DNA of 62,920 nt, the filler included, from Aduncisulcus paluster (Eukaryota), in NCBI GenBank assembly GCA_024181965.1. It is 5 parts of 5 records of this genome, joined end to end, with 100 filler letters (N's around TTAATTAATTAA, not from the genome) between each part and the next. Parts side by side here need not be neighbours in the genome. Positions count along the whole stretch, not along the records: positions 21,418 to 41,055 come from BQXS01009953.1; 4 more parts are not named here. The stretch is one strand, 5' to 3'. A program made the translations under genes and the position numbers. This document shows, in pieces, positions 22,599-36,500 of this stretch; the first letter of the stretch is position 1; each line of letters opens with the position of its first letter. The notes below the pieces were generated by a model. It made no database searches and had not been told where the DNA came from. It worked only from the letters and a program-made list of their open reading frames with translations.

Positions 22599-23768
22599 TT
22601 ATTTCCATGGAAGTAGAGATAATCTTTCAATAATTTCACTTTCCCCTTGTCTCTTAAAAATGAGGGAATGGATGTTGAAACATCGCCTATTCTTATTGTT
22701 CCACGTTCCTTTACCTTCAATCTCACATAAAATAACATTTGGTAAATCGATAGGTAAGAAGTGCCATTCATAAAAATATTTAGGTCTTGAGAATTCATAC
22801 TTCTTGGATGTCTTCTCCCCATCACAATCAGTAAAAGTCAAGAGAAGAGAGGGTGAACTAAAAAACTTACCCCCACAGATGAGAGCACCTTTGATTGAAC
22901 AAGGCATCATAAAAGGAATTGAGAGATGGGATAAACGTACATAATTTGAGATGCCATATTCCCCTTTTAACATACTTTGAGCTTTTGATACTTGATCATA
23001 AGAGCCAGATTCCTTACCCCTTGAATCATCTTTGCACTTAACCATTGATAATAAAGGCTTTATCAGGTTTGCATTATCAAGAGGAATGCATTTTTCGGCT
23101 TTTGCTTCCTGAAGAAACTTTGGTTTTACAACAGGAGCTTCAGACCACAGGGTCTCTTTGGATTTACGGATTACACTTTCCTCAGGAGTTTCTTTTCGAA
23201 AAAAAGAAAGCGATGCAATTCTAAATCCCTCCTCTTTCTTCTTTGAAATATCACATAAAACAACACCAGTGAGATAAATGGGAAGTTTATACCATAAAAA
23301 ATCTTCTAAAATATCAAATCTAAGTTTTTTGGTTTTATCATTCAGAAATTTGAATCTTCTAGTTGTTTTTACGCCTGTTGATGAAGTGAAGGTGAACTTG
23401 AGATAGGTTGGAATTCTTTCTAGATAATCAAAGCCATTTATACAAATATAAGCACCTTCTATATCAGAAGCAGAAAACGGCACGGAAATGCGGGTAAAGA
23501 GTCTTTGGGTAACGTTTCCACAATGATTTTGATCCATCCCTTTTAGCAGCCTTTGTGCGTCGAGACTTCCATCATATTTTAGATCAAGGGTTGCTTTGAT
23601 GGATGGAAAATCTGGACTTACAATATTGGGGACATCTCGAGGAATTGGACAACAACACAAATCACCATGAGAAAAAATGGGTAACCAATATTCATTTCTA
23701 TCTTCAATAAATAATGGTTTTGTGATGGGAATAGCTATACGAGAGGTTTTGTTGATGCGATATGGCAT
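22599..23768 (-). CDS. Protein with two tandem copies of the unnamed beta-rich domain and an IERLSLLPW tail
   Basis: 389-aa ORF with two repeats of PIP...A..(L/M)LKG...S(V/I)PF..I.GA.IC...(F/L)TFT...G.KT...(F/Y)...W..LPI.L..V.LC(D/E)I....F.I.SL.F. The same motif occurs in the 15545 kinase and in the 38089-41055 genes. Confidence 0.8.
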   Translation of the reverse strand: MPYRINKTSRIAIPITKPLFIEDRNEYWLPIFSHGDLCCCPIPRDVPNIVSPDFPSIKATLDLKYDGSLDAQRLLKGMDQNHCGNVTQRLFTRISVPFSASDIEGAYICINGFDYLERIPTYLKFTFTSSTGVKTTRRFKFLNDKTKKLRFDILEDFLWYKLPIYLTGVVLCDISKKKEEGFRIASLSFFRKETPEESVIRKSKETLWSEAPVVKPKFLQEAKAEKCIPLDNANLIKPLLSMVKCKDDSRGKESGSYDQVSKAQSMLKGEYGISNYVRLSHLSIPFMMPCSIKGALICGGKFFSSPSLLLTFTDCDGEKTSKKYEFSRPKYFYEWHFLPIDLPNVILCEIEGKGTWNNKNRRCFNIHSLIFKRQGESEIIERLSLLPWK

Positions 23769-24524
23769 TATATTCTGTTAATTAGTGAAATAAATAGTGA
23801 AGAAATGCAAGTTATGATGGAATAATCAGATATAGTCAAAAGAAAGGGTAATTATATATAGAGACAAAATATATTAAGAATAATTCAATAAATAGATGAT
23901 GATGTGTATACAATAATTTCAACTATTTATGTTAGGCCCACAAAAAACAAAAAGAAAATTTCCAAACTTGTCTAATAAGAATTAGAAGTTATCATTGCAC
24001 AAAATATATAAATAATTTTACAAACATTTTCTTTTGAATTTTACATTGCATGCCATCCTTGTGAATTCACTCCTGACAAAACTTTTCACAAAATCGTTTC
24101 CTAACTTTGAGTTTTGTTTACATAGTGGATTATAAAGTGACGAGATATTATGATACGTTGCAGTTATAACCCATAAATGTTATATTATATTGAATCCTTA
24201 TGATTTATCGCAAAACAAATTTGGTTACCAAAGCACGGTGCTTCAAGAATCGGCCAGTTGGCGAATCAGTGCCTCCAAGTTATGTACTTGGTATGGTGAC
24301 CATGTGAAACCGATTGAAAAAGATTTTCGCTATCAATTGGATGTATGTGTTGCCATCAGAAATCGAATCTTCCTGGCAGGAAATTATGAGCTGTGACCAA
24401 AATGGATGTCATGTTTTTTTATTCTTGGATGGCGAAGAAATTTCTTAGAAACAACAAGTTGGAAAAAAGCAACAAACAAATTATTATAAAAAAGTGATAA
24501 TAAAAAAAAACTTAAACAAACAAA

Positions 24525-27123
24525 TCACTTCTTCCTTTTCTTTTCTTCTTCCCTTTCCTTTCTTTTCTGAGCTTCATGTGCTTCAACACGATAACCTTTC
24601 ATAATATCCACAAACATATTTTGGGATATTTTATCAGTTCCAGCAATAATAATGTCTCCTCGACTCCTACTGAAAGAAGAAGAATATAATCTTTGGGATG
24701 GGGAGCTAAGAGAACTTGACGAACCCATTGAATCTTGAGAACTCATTGAATAAGCAACCTTTGCTTCATTCGGAGTGTATCCTCCAACATAGAATATCAC
24801 GATCTTCCGAGACATCCTGAACTTCTCAGCACCAGTAATCATTTCACGCACTTCTGCACTCTTGAGATGGGCAGCGGCAGTCTCAGCCTTTTCATCTTCA
24901 GCTCCCACCAGAACTGAACCTTGATGATGGGAAGAAGAGGAAGAAGGGGCACCAGCATGCATAGAAGATCTCTCTTCAAAAGCCAATGGACGACTAGCTC
25001 CATGCATACCAAGTCCAGACTCCATTCCATAACCACCTCTTCTCGTTCCCTCAAGTTTCTTGAAGATTCCTTCTACAATCCGACCGTCTCCATCTTGAAT
25101 AGCACCAATAACATCAGCAATACGAGGAATATATTCTTCCTTGTCCTCCATGTACTCCACAAAGGTCCCTTCTTTCCTCCCAGTGATCATGCTCTTGAGA
25201 GAAGCAGTACCTGCTGCCATTCCAGATACTGAGGTGTGTGTGCCTATCATGCCGACAAACCCTTGCTCGGCCGCAGAAGCCCGGCCTCCGATTCCACCTT
25301 GTGCACCAGCAGTAGAGAGGAACAAGATCCTCTGGATGGTGGCTTCCTCATCGCTTGTGGGCCGAATAGCCTTTTTCATGGCATCAAAGACATCATGGGG
25401 GGTGTTGGGCATGCACAAGAGACATATGCACATGAGACGGATCTTATCATTACGGATAAAACGGAGTTCACGCTCAGAAAGCTCAATTTCAAGGCTCGAC
25501 AAGCCAGGAGATTTCAACTGAGAGCGCAGTTTCTTCTCATATGTGGACTCAACCAGAAGTTTCTTGAGGTTATACTCAAACATTTGCATCATTAACTGGT
25601 GTGAAAGCGTAATGACATCACGTTTCTCAGGCCTTGGCAATACGGCTTTCATCATATTAAGCTCAGTGTTCAGCAAAGGAGAGTAATCTCTGCTTTCATC
25701 AAATTTGGCGGAATTACGGAGAAAGCTGACATGCTTTGCATAGGAAGAAATAACCTTACGATGTTTCATGGCTTCAAGGGTTGCAGTTCCCATAGCAGCA
25801 GCATCCTTACTGGCTTTTGACGTAATAGCGGCACCACCACGCTGTAAATCATCCAAATCCATCTGAACTTTCCTATCAATTCCAATGACAGACGAATAAC
25901 GGTACTTGGTGAAGCATGCATCCTTCTCTGAGAGCTCATAAATAAGAGAAACGCCAGAGGCAACGGCTTCATCCACTGAGGCCACAGCAACAGTGTTGTG
26001 CAGGCCTTTACAGTCGTCAGAAAGGAATATATCGAGAAGAAATGGCTCGTAGTCATAAGAGTGATACAACGGTGTGACAAGATCAAAAGAACGATCAACA
26101 ATAAATAGCATGGGTGGTTCGGGACCAGATGACGGAGAACGTCCATGAGCAACAGAGGCTACATGTTTGTTAAGGATTCCTTTCGACTCATAGCCTAGCA
26201 AAAGGCCACGAGTACATGTGGCAACAGATTCGGCAGATGAACTCTGTTGTCTGAAGTATATTTCGGGCATTCCCATTCCAAGAGTCGTGAAAAATGAAGC
26301 GATTTGATCAGATACAGCGGCAACAGCGGTCTCTCTGGAAGGGATACTTCCAGCTGAGCTATGAGTAAGACTAGGCTGGACTATCTTGCCTTGGGGGCCA
26401 CCAGAATTGAAAATAATACTCTCTGTGGCATATTCCTTTGTGGTAATAAATTCCTTAGGTCCAATTGGTTGAAACCCGAGATATAGCTCTTTCAGGGTTA
26501 ACAACCGATTACAAAGACCGGTTTCTTTTACAATAGAGAGTAATTCTTTACCAATTTCGCTGGTGGTGACGATGTGGGGCCGTCTATACTGCCTGTGAGC
26601 CCTGGGGATAACATGACGCCAAGAACAACATTGTTTCACTTGCTCTTCATACAACTCTTTCTCAGCTTTAGGCGTTTTAATTTTATATACTCCTTTTTGA
26701 TAACCATAATCTTCGGCGATTTTGTAGAAATTCTGGACAGAAGCACATACGAAATAAATGACATCGACATCTGGGATCGGTTTTCTACCCTTGTCGATAT
26801 GTTCAACCAAAGAAATATTATATTCAACCAGTTGCGATACCGTGAATAATTTATCGATCAGATGGATCGTTGCATCATCGACAACCATGACTTTCCAAGA
26901 TTTTGGATCGATGGAAAAAACATCGTTGATAATTTCTATTATTTAAAAAATAAAATGATAATTTAAATAAAAAATATAGGATTGTAACAAAAGAAAATTT
27001 AAAATAGGAGGAGTTAAAAATCAGAGTCAGAATATCTTGTTTGTGAAAGAATAAAACAGTTAAAGCATAACAAAACGTGACTTTATCGTTATACATACCA
27101 ACTTGTAGTAGATTTTTGATCAT
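24525..27123 (-). CDS. SEC1: Sec1/Munc18 (SM) family vesicle-fusion protein; exons 27123-27099 and 26935-24525, 811 aa
   Basis: SM motifs WKVMVVD, RKPIPDVDVIYF, IVDRSFDLVTPLYHSYDYE and IVIFYVGGYTPNE. A GTATGT...TAG intron (27098-26936, 163 nt, phase 1) restores the N-terminus MIKNLLQVEIINDVF...SWKVMVVD. Confidence 0.87.
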
Positions 27124-27569
27124 GTGTGTTCTTCAAACCTTGACGTAAGAATCTGATCAGTCTAGTTGGTGACTCCTTTTTTTATTTTGAGTCCTAATAA
27201 CAACATCAAAAAGTAAACTTGACTTATTATTTAATTTTATCACTGAGCTGACATTTACTATTGGATTTTAAACAGAAACGTTGTCATTTCGCTTCTAAGC
27301 AACTTAGTTGAAATCTGGGTAATAAATAGATCAAAATTAATTCTAATAGAAATATGATACCATGAAATAGAAGGTTATTGGATCAAAGGTTATGATTGGA
27401 CCTCCTGGGATTTCTTCTCACTCTATCGAAATTTTCAGCAAGTTATAAGGAATAATATCGGAATGATTTGAATTTTAATGGAAGATTCTTGCTGGCAGAT
27501 ATTTGTTATATCCCATATTAAACATGAGAGATTTCCCATTCTCTTTTTTGGTTATTTTGCTTACATCAC

Positions 27570-30500
27570 ATGTTGTTTGACGATGATATTGGCAAGTTCC
27601 TTGCCTCTAATTTGAGTGAAAAGGAGCTTACCGAGATTTCAAAGATGTATGGCATTCGAATGAAACATCCTCTGGACTTTGCTTTTCCAGATCCAATGGA
27701 TGTGGCCACATCCAAGAAAATATTTGAAAGGGCTCTAAACAATTTGACAAATCCAGCAAAGGGAAAATCTGGACCTCCTTATCGGGTTATAGCCTGTTTA
27801 ATTATATCTGCTTTACTATCGCCTGCTAAATTATCATTCGCTAGTCATTATGCAACTAGCTTTCAACTTATTATATGGACTCCTATTTTAGATCCTAAAC
27901 CAGAGGTTCGACAAGCAGGATATCAGGTTGTTCGAAGTGTATTCAAATGTATTCAGGCTATGAACAAATTAGATACTCAACCACATATAAATGTTATATT
28001 GAAGACATTAACAAATCTGTATAAACGGCGAGATCGAAAGAAGCATGAAACTCATGGTGCTTTGCTCGTTACAAAAGAACTTTTTAGGTGGCAACATCCA
28101 CCTCATTTATTATTGAATCAATCGCATGTTCTGACTGAAGTCGTTCTTAGCCACTGTCAATCCAAGCATGGATTCGTTCGTGAGGAGGTACTATGTATTC
28201 TTCCTATCATTGCAAAATTCTATGCTGACAATGATCTGGTTCAACCTTATAATTTTCTCAATCATGTGTTAAACTTTATTTTATCATCTTTAAGAAGTGG
28301 AAACCTCACAAGGTCGAAGATGCTTAATGCACTTGGCGACATTGCTATGACAGTTGGGGAGGAGATTGGAGCCTTTGTTAAGATCATTATTGATGATGCT
28401 ATTCTCTCATCATTGCCCGTTCCTGGGTCGTCTTCAACATTTTCAACTCAATCCATCAACGATGCCCTCTTGTGTCTTTCGAAACTCTCTGTCGCGTGTC
28501 CTATTGCCCTTAACAAAAACAAACTCATGTTCAGGGGCATTCTCAATACCATTTTCCATACTCCGTTCTCATACGAACTCGTCTCTACCCTTGCCAACAT
28601 CGCCAGTCACATGCCTCCCCACCTCCACTTTATTCAGATCAATCTTCTCAATGTTATCAGTGTCACCCTCTGCGGTGTGCTCCTCAAATTTGTCCACACC
28701 GATATCGTGGATTCTGAGGAAATTCAGAGTCAGTGGGATGTTGAGGCGAATAGAAGTGGCCGAGAGAGCAAGCGAAGGAGAGCCCTTCGAGAAGTGAGGG
28801 CAGGCATCTCCCTTGACCATCCATCGAAAGTCCATGGTCCTAGTCCTATTATTTCTACTCCAGGAGGCACTGGAACTCCCCTTCCCCTCTCCTCTTCATC
28901 TCTGAGTCTCCTTTCCGGTGGTACTGGGGGTGCCCATGACTCCTCCGCCGTCTCAGTCTCATCGCGATCCTCGGGATCCCATGATGATATCTTCACTCCC
29001 GGAGGTAGTATGCTTGGGAGACCGAGAAGAAGCAGCCTCAGCAGTCGTTGGAGCGGTAGCAGCGTGACCTTTGGCTCTGGTAGCAAACTGAGTAACAGTG
29101 AACGAGTCAGGAGGAAGGCCATTGAACAAGGTGAGAGGAGAAGAAAGGAAAGAGTGAAGAAAGAACTAGAAAAAATGCACGGAAAAGATAGCACGGCGTC
29201 TCCAACTTTGTCTGATTCCAGAGCAAAGACCTCAGGGAATGCCAGTTCTTCCTCCTCTTCTTCTTCCACATCAGCTTCTGTGGCTTCCAGTTCCTCCACT
29301 ATCAAACCAAGCAAGAACCAACAACTTGTTGCCACTCTTGACTCATCTTTGAAGAGTCAACAGGGCTTTCTCTCTGATGGAAGGACGAGAGATTTGTGCA
29401 TATTCAGTGATATTAGCTCTCTTTCAACCTTAGTCAAGAATGCCACGGCCTCGCACACTTCATCTCAGCTTCAAACACACACAAAGATGATTATTCTTGC
29501 CCTTCAAACACTCACTCAGTTCCCATTTAATCACAGTGTGTCTCTGACTGATTTCTGTGCCGACGTCGTTGTCACGTACCTTGACCATCCAAATCCTCTC
29601 ATTCGTCAGCTTGCTGCTCAAGCCTGTCTTCGCCTTGCCGTGCGCAAAGGAAAAGAGACTCCCACTGTTGGATATCAATCTCTTCTTGTATCTGAGATTC
29701 TCGCCCGTGTTCTCATTGTTGGTGTGAGTGATTTGTGCGTACATGTCCGAGAGAAGATAATTACTGCACTCTCACAACGATATGATGCACTCTTGGCACA
29801 AGAAGAGCTGTTATCGACTCTTGTGACTGGTTTACAGGATGAGAATACCAATGTCCGAGCCTGGGTGATCTTTGTGTGTGGACGATTGTTGCACCACAAT
29901 CCTACGCACATCATTCCTCCGCTCCGTCGCCTTGTTATGTTTGTCCTGAATGAGATTGAGCTTGCATCGAGCATGTCTGCCAAGACAAATGCCGCCAAAC
30001 TACTTGGGATCATCACTTCCTCAGCCCCATCGGTTGTGCAACCTTATCTTCAAGTCGTTCTCTCCACCCTTCCATCTGTAATCCCTGCCTCATTCTCCTC
30101 TTCTCATCTCACTCCTGTCCAGCAGCGCGAAGAGGAGGCTCTGGTGGTGGCTGTCACTCAGTGCATTGAGATTATTTGTAAAACGTGTGACATGGAGATT
30201 GTGTTGTTGCATTTTATCCCATCTGTCGTACCTTATCTTATATCCTTGCTCCGAGATAAAGCTAATAAGCCTCACAAGAAAATTCATGCCCTGAAGACTC
30301 TAACCGCAGTGTTTGAGTGCATTGGAACAGCCACTGAACCTTACGTGCAGTTCTCACATCTCTTGCCTTTGTTACTTGCCATACTTAAAAGAGAAACTAG
30401 TCCCCACATTAAGAGTGAGATCTTACGTCTCTTGGGGACTCTCGGAGCTTTGAGTCCAGTAGCCGTTCAACGTCTCGAGGAAGGGGAAGATTTCTCAACG

Positions 30501-33500
30501 TCTCGTGCCGTTCTCTCTGCCGGTGGATTCTCGGTAGATTTGTCGGCTATCGTTGAACAAGTTGGAAGTGGTGATGGAGCTGTATTCCTCACACAACACT
30601 CTCTAACTCGTAGTGCGGCCGATGATGCTGAAAGACGTCGAGGAAGGGGTCAGAATAGTCACGGTGGAGCGACTTCCTCCTCGTATTCTGCTTCCTCATC
30701 GAGATCTCCCTCAGATCCGACTCTAAACCCTTCGCTACTCTCATCTACACCTCCATTCTCTTCCTCAACCTCACATATCACCGATAGAGTCAACGAGATT
30801 CAAGATCTCATGATTCAGGGTGTTCTCACCGGTGTGAATACTCGAGGCAGGGGAGACACAGAGTCTGGGAGTAGATGTGGACTTCGTATGGCCCCGTTGA
30901 GAGAGAATATTAGAGTACAAAGGGAAGGAAGGAGGAACTATGAAGATAAAATCCTCAAGAGTGGTAAGCATCATGACTTGACAATTGCTCAAGAGGTTGC
31001 TCAGAGCAAACATAAACAATATATCCCGGAACATCAACGAAGGATTGCTGACCGCCCTGCCACCCTCATTGATATTTCTGCTGAGGACGAGGATTATGTC
31101 CCCCTTATTCATCCACATACTCGGAGTCTGTTATTCTATAATAGGAACAGAGAAACTCAACTTTTGAGGAGGATAAAGGATGACAACCCACAAGAAGTTG
31201 CTCCTTTGACCAATCCTTCTCTTGTTGGTGATACCAATATCCACTCTGACGTTTTACACTCCGTCTTGGCAGTTCTCTCTGATGCTTCTCTATACCCATT
31301 CCATACGTCTGCTGTCGAGTGTGTCGGTGCTCTCGTGTGCGTGATGGATGAGAATAATCTTAAACATCACATGACCGAATTGCTTGACAAAATTGGTGAG
31401 ATGCTTAAGGGAGGGAGAAGAACAGATATTGAGGAACAACCAGCACAGATTGGAGAGAAGAAAGGTTCCAAGAATGCTAATGCTACCTCCACTGGTGCCA
31501 ATTCCTCTTCATCGCCTTCCCTCACGATATCTCTGTTCGATTGTTTTACTTTAATTGTCCACACCACAAAACATGCAGTGAGGCCCCATCTCGAATGGTT
31601 GTTCGAATGCACAACAAACTATTGGCCAAGTGTTGAGCATGCTGCCGACTTGTCCTCTTCTTCCAAACTCTTGGAATTGTACCATCTCCTTGCATTCGTT
31701 GAGGAGATAAGTGTAAGTATTGCTGATGATTTTAGAATGGTATTACCATGGGTTCTACCACGTTTATTGGGAGTTATCAATGTTGATCGTGTGTGTGCTG
31801 GTATCGTAACTTCACACGGAAAGTCGGCGTCCACACATGCCCATTCATTCGCTGCTGCTCAAGCTGTGTTGAAGACTATCAGAGTTATTGGTGTTCATCT
31901 TGGAGAGTATGTCCATATTGTGCTTTCTAACGTTATCGACGAAGTCAGCATCGTTCCTGGGCGTTTAAGTAACACTTCGCTGAGATTGGAGGCCCTGTAC
32001 ACAACAGAATACCTTGTCAGAGCTTTAAATTTAAGCCAATATGTCAGTAGAATCACTGTGCCAATTTGTAGGATGCTCGATAGCTGTGTATGCGTGACAA
32101 AGGGACGTTTTATGATTCAAGGGAGTGGATATTCAAGCTCTGGATCTGTGTCAGGAGCCTCTAGCACATGGGGTGGTTTTGACAGCTCAGCTCAAACGGT
32201 TGAAGATGATCGATTGATCCAAATGAGTTCGAACAAGATGTTTAATTTCGGTCACGATTATTCAACTTCATGTGCTCCTTCTTCAGCCAAACCCATCTCT
32301 CCCTCTGATCTGCACCTTCTTGGCATCAATCAAGTCAGACTCAATAAGCTTGTTGCGGCTGGCATTAATGTTTTATTTGCTCTCATGCAACGAGTCGGAG
32401 TCCCTTTCTCTATTTTCATACCCACTGTGAATTCCGTGATGGTTCGTGTCAAGGAAGCCTTCAGCGTTAGTGCTGTGATGTGGAGGTATGAGCGATGTGT
32501 TGAGAAAATCCTTCGTGAAGAGCATGTGAAGAACACTGGACCATCTTGCTCTGCTGCTGGATTCCCACAGATATTTGGAGCCCTCAATCTTGTCAACCCT
32601 GTCACGTCATCCTCTTTCCTTTCATCGCCAGCTGCAAGTGTTGTCAGTGTGTGCATTGGTGGGGAGTATGGAGATGAGGATCAAGATGAAGCTGGTGTCA
32701 TTAGTAATGGTATCAGAGTTCGAGTCGGTGAAGGTGGGTACATTAACCTTTCTCAGCCACATTTAAAAGAAATGGTCCAAGTCAATTGGAATGTAGAAAC
32801 ATGCACAACTGTCCACGATTGGCACTCTTGGTTCAATCAATTATCTCTGACCCTCCTTGCTTCATCTCCTTCTCTTGCCCTTCGAGCTGTGAGTAACCTT
32901 GCTCGTTTCCCAGACACACATCTCTCTCGGAGTTTGTTCCAGATTTCATTCACTATTCTATACAAATACAACGATAAACGTGTACAAACCCTTCTCCTTG
33001 CCCATGTTATGCGTGTGCTTCAGAGTGATAATATTCCTCCGGAATATAGACAGTTATTGCTGGATCTTATTGAGCATTTGGAAAGGGAATGCGTCATTAC
33101 AAAATATAAGTTCAAGATGTTAAGTGAGCTCTCCCTCAAATGTTATGCCTATGCAAAGGCTCTGCACTACCAAGAGGCCTGTTTTGACCAAGAACCTAAC
33201 ATCCAGATGGGCGAGAGGTTGATTCATACATTTACCCAGCTTGGACAGAGATCGGCCGCCGTGGGAGTCCTTGCTCTGTTACAACGGAAATATAAGGACG
33301 TCGGGAGTTTCACCACTCACACAGAGAAATGGTTCGAGAAACTTGGTGCTTGGGACAATGCTCTTGTTCAATACAACAAACATATTGGATCTCTTCTCGA
33401 AGAAGGAAGTGGGATGACAGGTGTGGATATATCCAAGAAATCGACAGATGGTGAAACCTCACAAACGACTGGAATTAAAGAAAAGAATAAGTCTTCTGCC

Positions 33501-36500
33501 GAAGGGAAACATCCTCTTCCTGCCTCAATGTCTCCTCTTGGAAGTTCCATAGATGCTTCTGTGAGTACTCCTGACCTTGGTTCTGGCAAGACCCCTGTTC
33601 CTCTGTGCTTCACTCATTATCAATCAACTCGTTTGCTGCCATTGTTGATGGGCAGACTTCGTTGTCTTGAAGGACTGGGCCTGTGGAAGGAAGCTCTGGC
33701 AACAACTCAAGATGCTCTTGCTCTCCCTCACTCTCCCTCTCATCATACTGAACTAGCTCTGCATGGAGCTCACTGCGCCTTCAATGTGTCAGATTGGAGT
33801 ACACTCTCACTCTACACTCCCCATATTCCTTCCAATACTGTCCAAGGAATGTTCTATCGTTGTGTGTGTGCTGTGTGTCTTGGCAACTACCAAAGCGCAC
33901 TCAAGCTCATTCAACGAACAAGGTCGATGCTTGAAATGCGGATATGTGGTGTTCTGAGTGAGTCTTATAACAGATCCTATGGTGATCTTGTGATTAACCA
34001 ACAATTAGTAGAGCTTGAGGAAATTATTGAGTTCAATGTCCACTCACAGCATGCAAGGAATGAGAGAGATATGGATCTTGATGGAGGTGAAGAGGAAGTC
34101 GTGTTGAAGAGAAGAAAGCGTCTTGAAAGAGTTTGGGAACAACGTTTGATTGGATGTGAAAGGAACACAAATGTATGGACCCAGCTTTTGTCTGTTCGGC
34201 AGCTTCTTGATGTTGGAGAACCCACAATTGGTGTTGACAGTCCGCTTGCTCAGGGTGATTCGGAAAGACATGCTGAGCGAGTATCCCCCAAAATTGAAGA
34301 AATTGCTTCCACCACAGATCTTCATAGTACTGCTAATTTGTCACGTACTGATTCATCCCCTGCCAATCTTGTTCCCTCTACAAGTCTGACAACATTCGAA
34401 AACACTCCAACTTCAATATCTTCTCCAGGTATGTCTATTGCCTCTTCTCTCACTTCCCCAGGATCCAATCTCTCCGTTCATTCGCATACAATTGACACGG
34501 AACAATACATACCTTGGATTGCCTTCTCTTCACTCTCTAGGCAAGATGGAAAGGAGAAATTAGCAAGGAATATATTGATACATCTCATTGGAGAAGAACC
34601 ATGGGCAAAGAGTTACGAAGGTGAACGTTATTTGCTTGAGAATGGTGGAAGAATAGTGTCTCCAAGTTGTACTCGTGGAGGTGGATCTACATGTGATTCT
34701 GGATCATTGCATCGTTCATCGCCCCATTTATCACTCTCAGCGACACCATCTCCTTCACCTCCTCCGACGTTCATGTTCTGCCATCCTCTGGGAGCACCCA
34801 TGCCATTCGCTACACACCGTCACACTGCCCTTGTTGCATACTGTAACCACTTATGGGAGGTTGGAGAGCGTTGGATGGGATATGAGTTGCTCCATGGACT
34901 CATTGTGAGTGGAGGTAAATCCGAGAGAGTTGAAGAAGTCCGTTCTGAAGTTGTTGATTTCTTCATGAACAACGTGAAGGTTGTCAAGGAACAGATTGAC
35001 GATGAAGCTCCAAGCGATGACACATTTTTGCCTACATTTGATGTGCCTCCCCTTGCTCCATCATTGCCGTCAGCCTCTACGATGATATCTCCACGAGGGA
35101 ATGCCGAAGAACGCAGAGGAACTCTCGACGGGCGGATATTCTACAATCAAGCCGAAATGGAGGATGAGGATATTCTATCTATACATGGCTCGGATCAACA
35201 AGTTTCGAATCAACNNNNNNNNNNNNNNNNNNNNCTTGCTCCATCATTGCCGTCAGCCTCTACGATGATATCTCCACGAGGGAATGCCGAAGAACGCAGA
35301 GGAACTCTCGACGGGCGGATATTCTACAATCAAGCCGAAATGGAGGATGAGGATATTCTATCTATACATGGCTCGGATCAACAAGTTTCGAATCAACAAC
35401 CTGATGTAACGCTAACAACACCGCCTTTCCCGTTTGCCAGTTCAAAATCATTCTCGTCCATTTCTAATTCCCTTGCTCCAGCACTCTCTGCATCTGCACT
35501 GTTGATGTTCGGGGATTGGAGCATTGTTCTTGCCAAGGAAGGATATTTCGATGAGGAAGAAACACGTGGGCATGCCTTGGAGTTATATGAGGAAGCCACA
35601 TCTGTCTGTCGCGAGAGTACGTATGCTTGGCGACGAGTTGCCTACACTTGTGTCAAACTGTCCGAATTTAAGGCGAAAACTCTTAGAACTCTGAGTCAAG
35701 CCAAACCAGATTCAAAGGATGCGTTCGATACACATCTTGCAAACCAACAACGCAAGACATTGATTGAAAAAGAGCTAGATAGGCTCTTGAGCAAAGCTAT
35801 ATATGCACTATTGCAATCCATTTCCCTTGAACATCGTGCAGGAAAGCAGGAAGGATCGTTACCAGATGTGCTCTGTTTGTTGAATATATGGTTCGAGTAT
35901 GGAACGTATAGTGGTGTTGAGATGGCTGTAATTCGTTCATTTAGCGTCATATCTCCCGATCTCTGGCTCTTGGTTACTCCTCAGATCATTGCTAGGATCG
36001 ATTGTGGACATTTGAAGCACCTTGTCCGCGAGTTGCTCATATCTCTGGGTTCTGTTCATCCTCAATCCCTCGTGTATCCACTCGCCGTTACAAGCAAATC
36101 TCAGCGTCTTGGAAGGCAGGATGATTCCTTAAGTATCATCGATCGCATCCGTCGTGGATATACAACATTGGTCGACCAAGCCCTTCTTGTTTCTGAAGAG
36201 CTCGTGAGAGTCAGTGTTCTGTTCGAGGAAAGATGGTCAGGGTTGCTTGATCGTACCAATAATAGGCTGGCTCAGAATGTATCCGTGCCCGATATGAATG
36301 ATTTTGTCTCCTCTCTTGTTCCTCTGCAGGCATCTCTTGATGAAGTCGCTGAAACACCCGCTGAAGATTATTTTATCAAAGATTTTAGACCCTTATTGGA
36401 TGAAGCTTTCATTTATATCCGTAAATTCCTTGTGAACGGTCAAAAGGCTGACTTTAACACGGCTTGGAACAAGTATACACACATTAACAAGCTTTTGGGG

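Noticed and set aside
35052-35397. Internal 54-aa repeat in TOR
   Set aside because: An exact duplicate on both sides of a 20-N gap, so an unmerged contig overlap.
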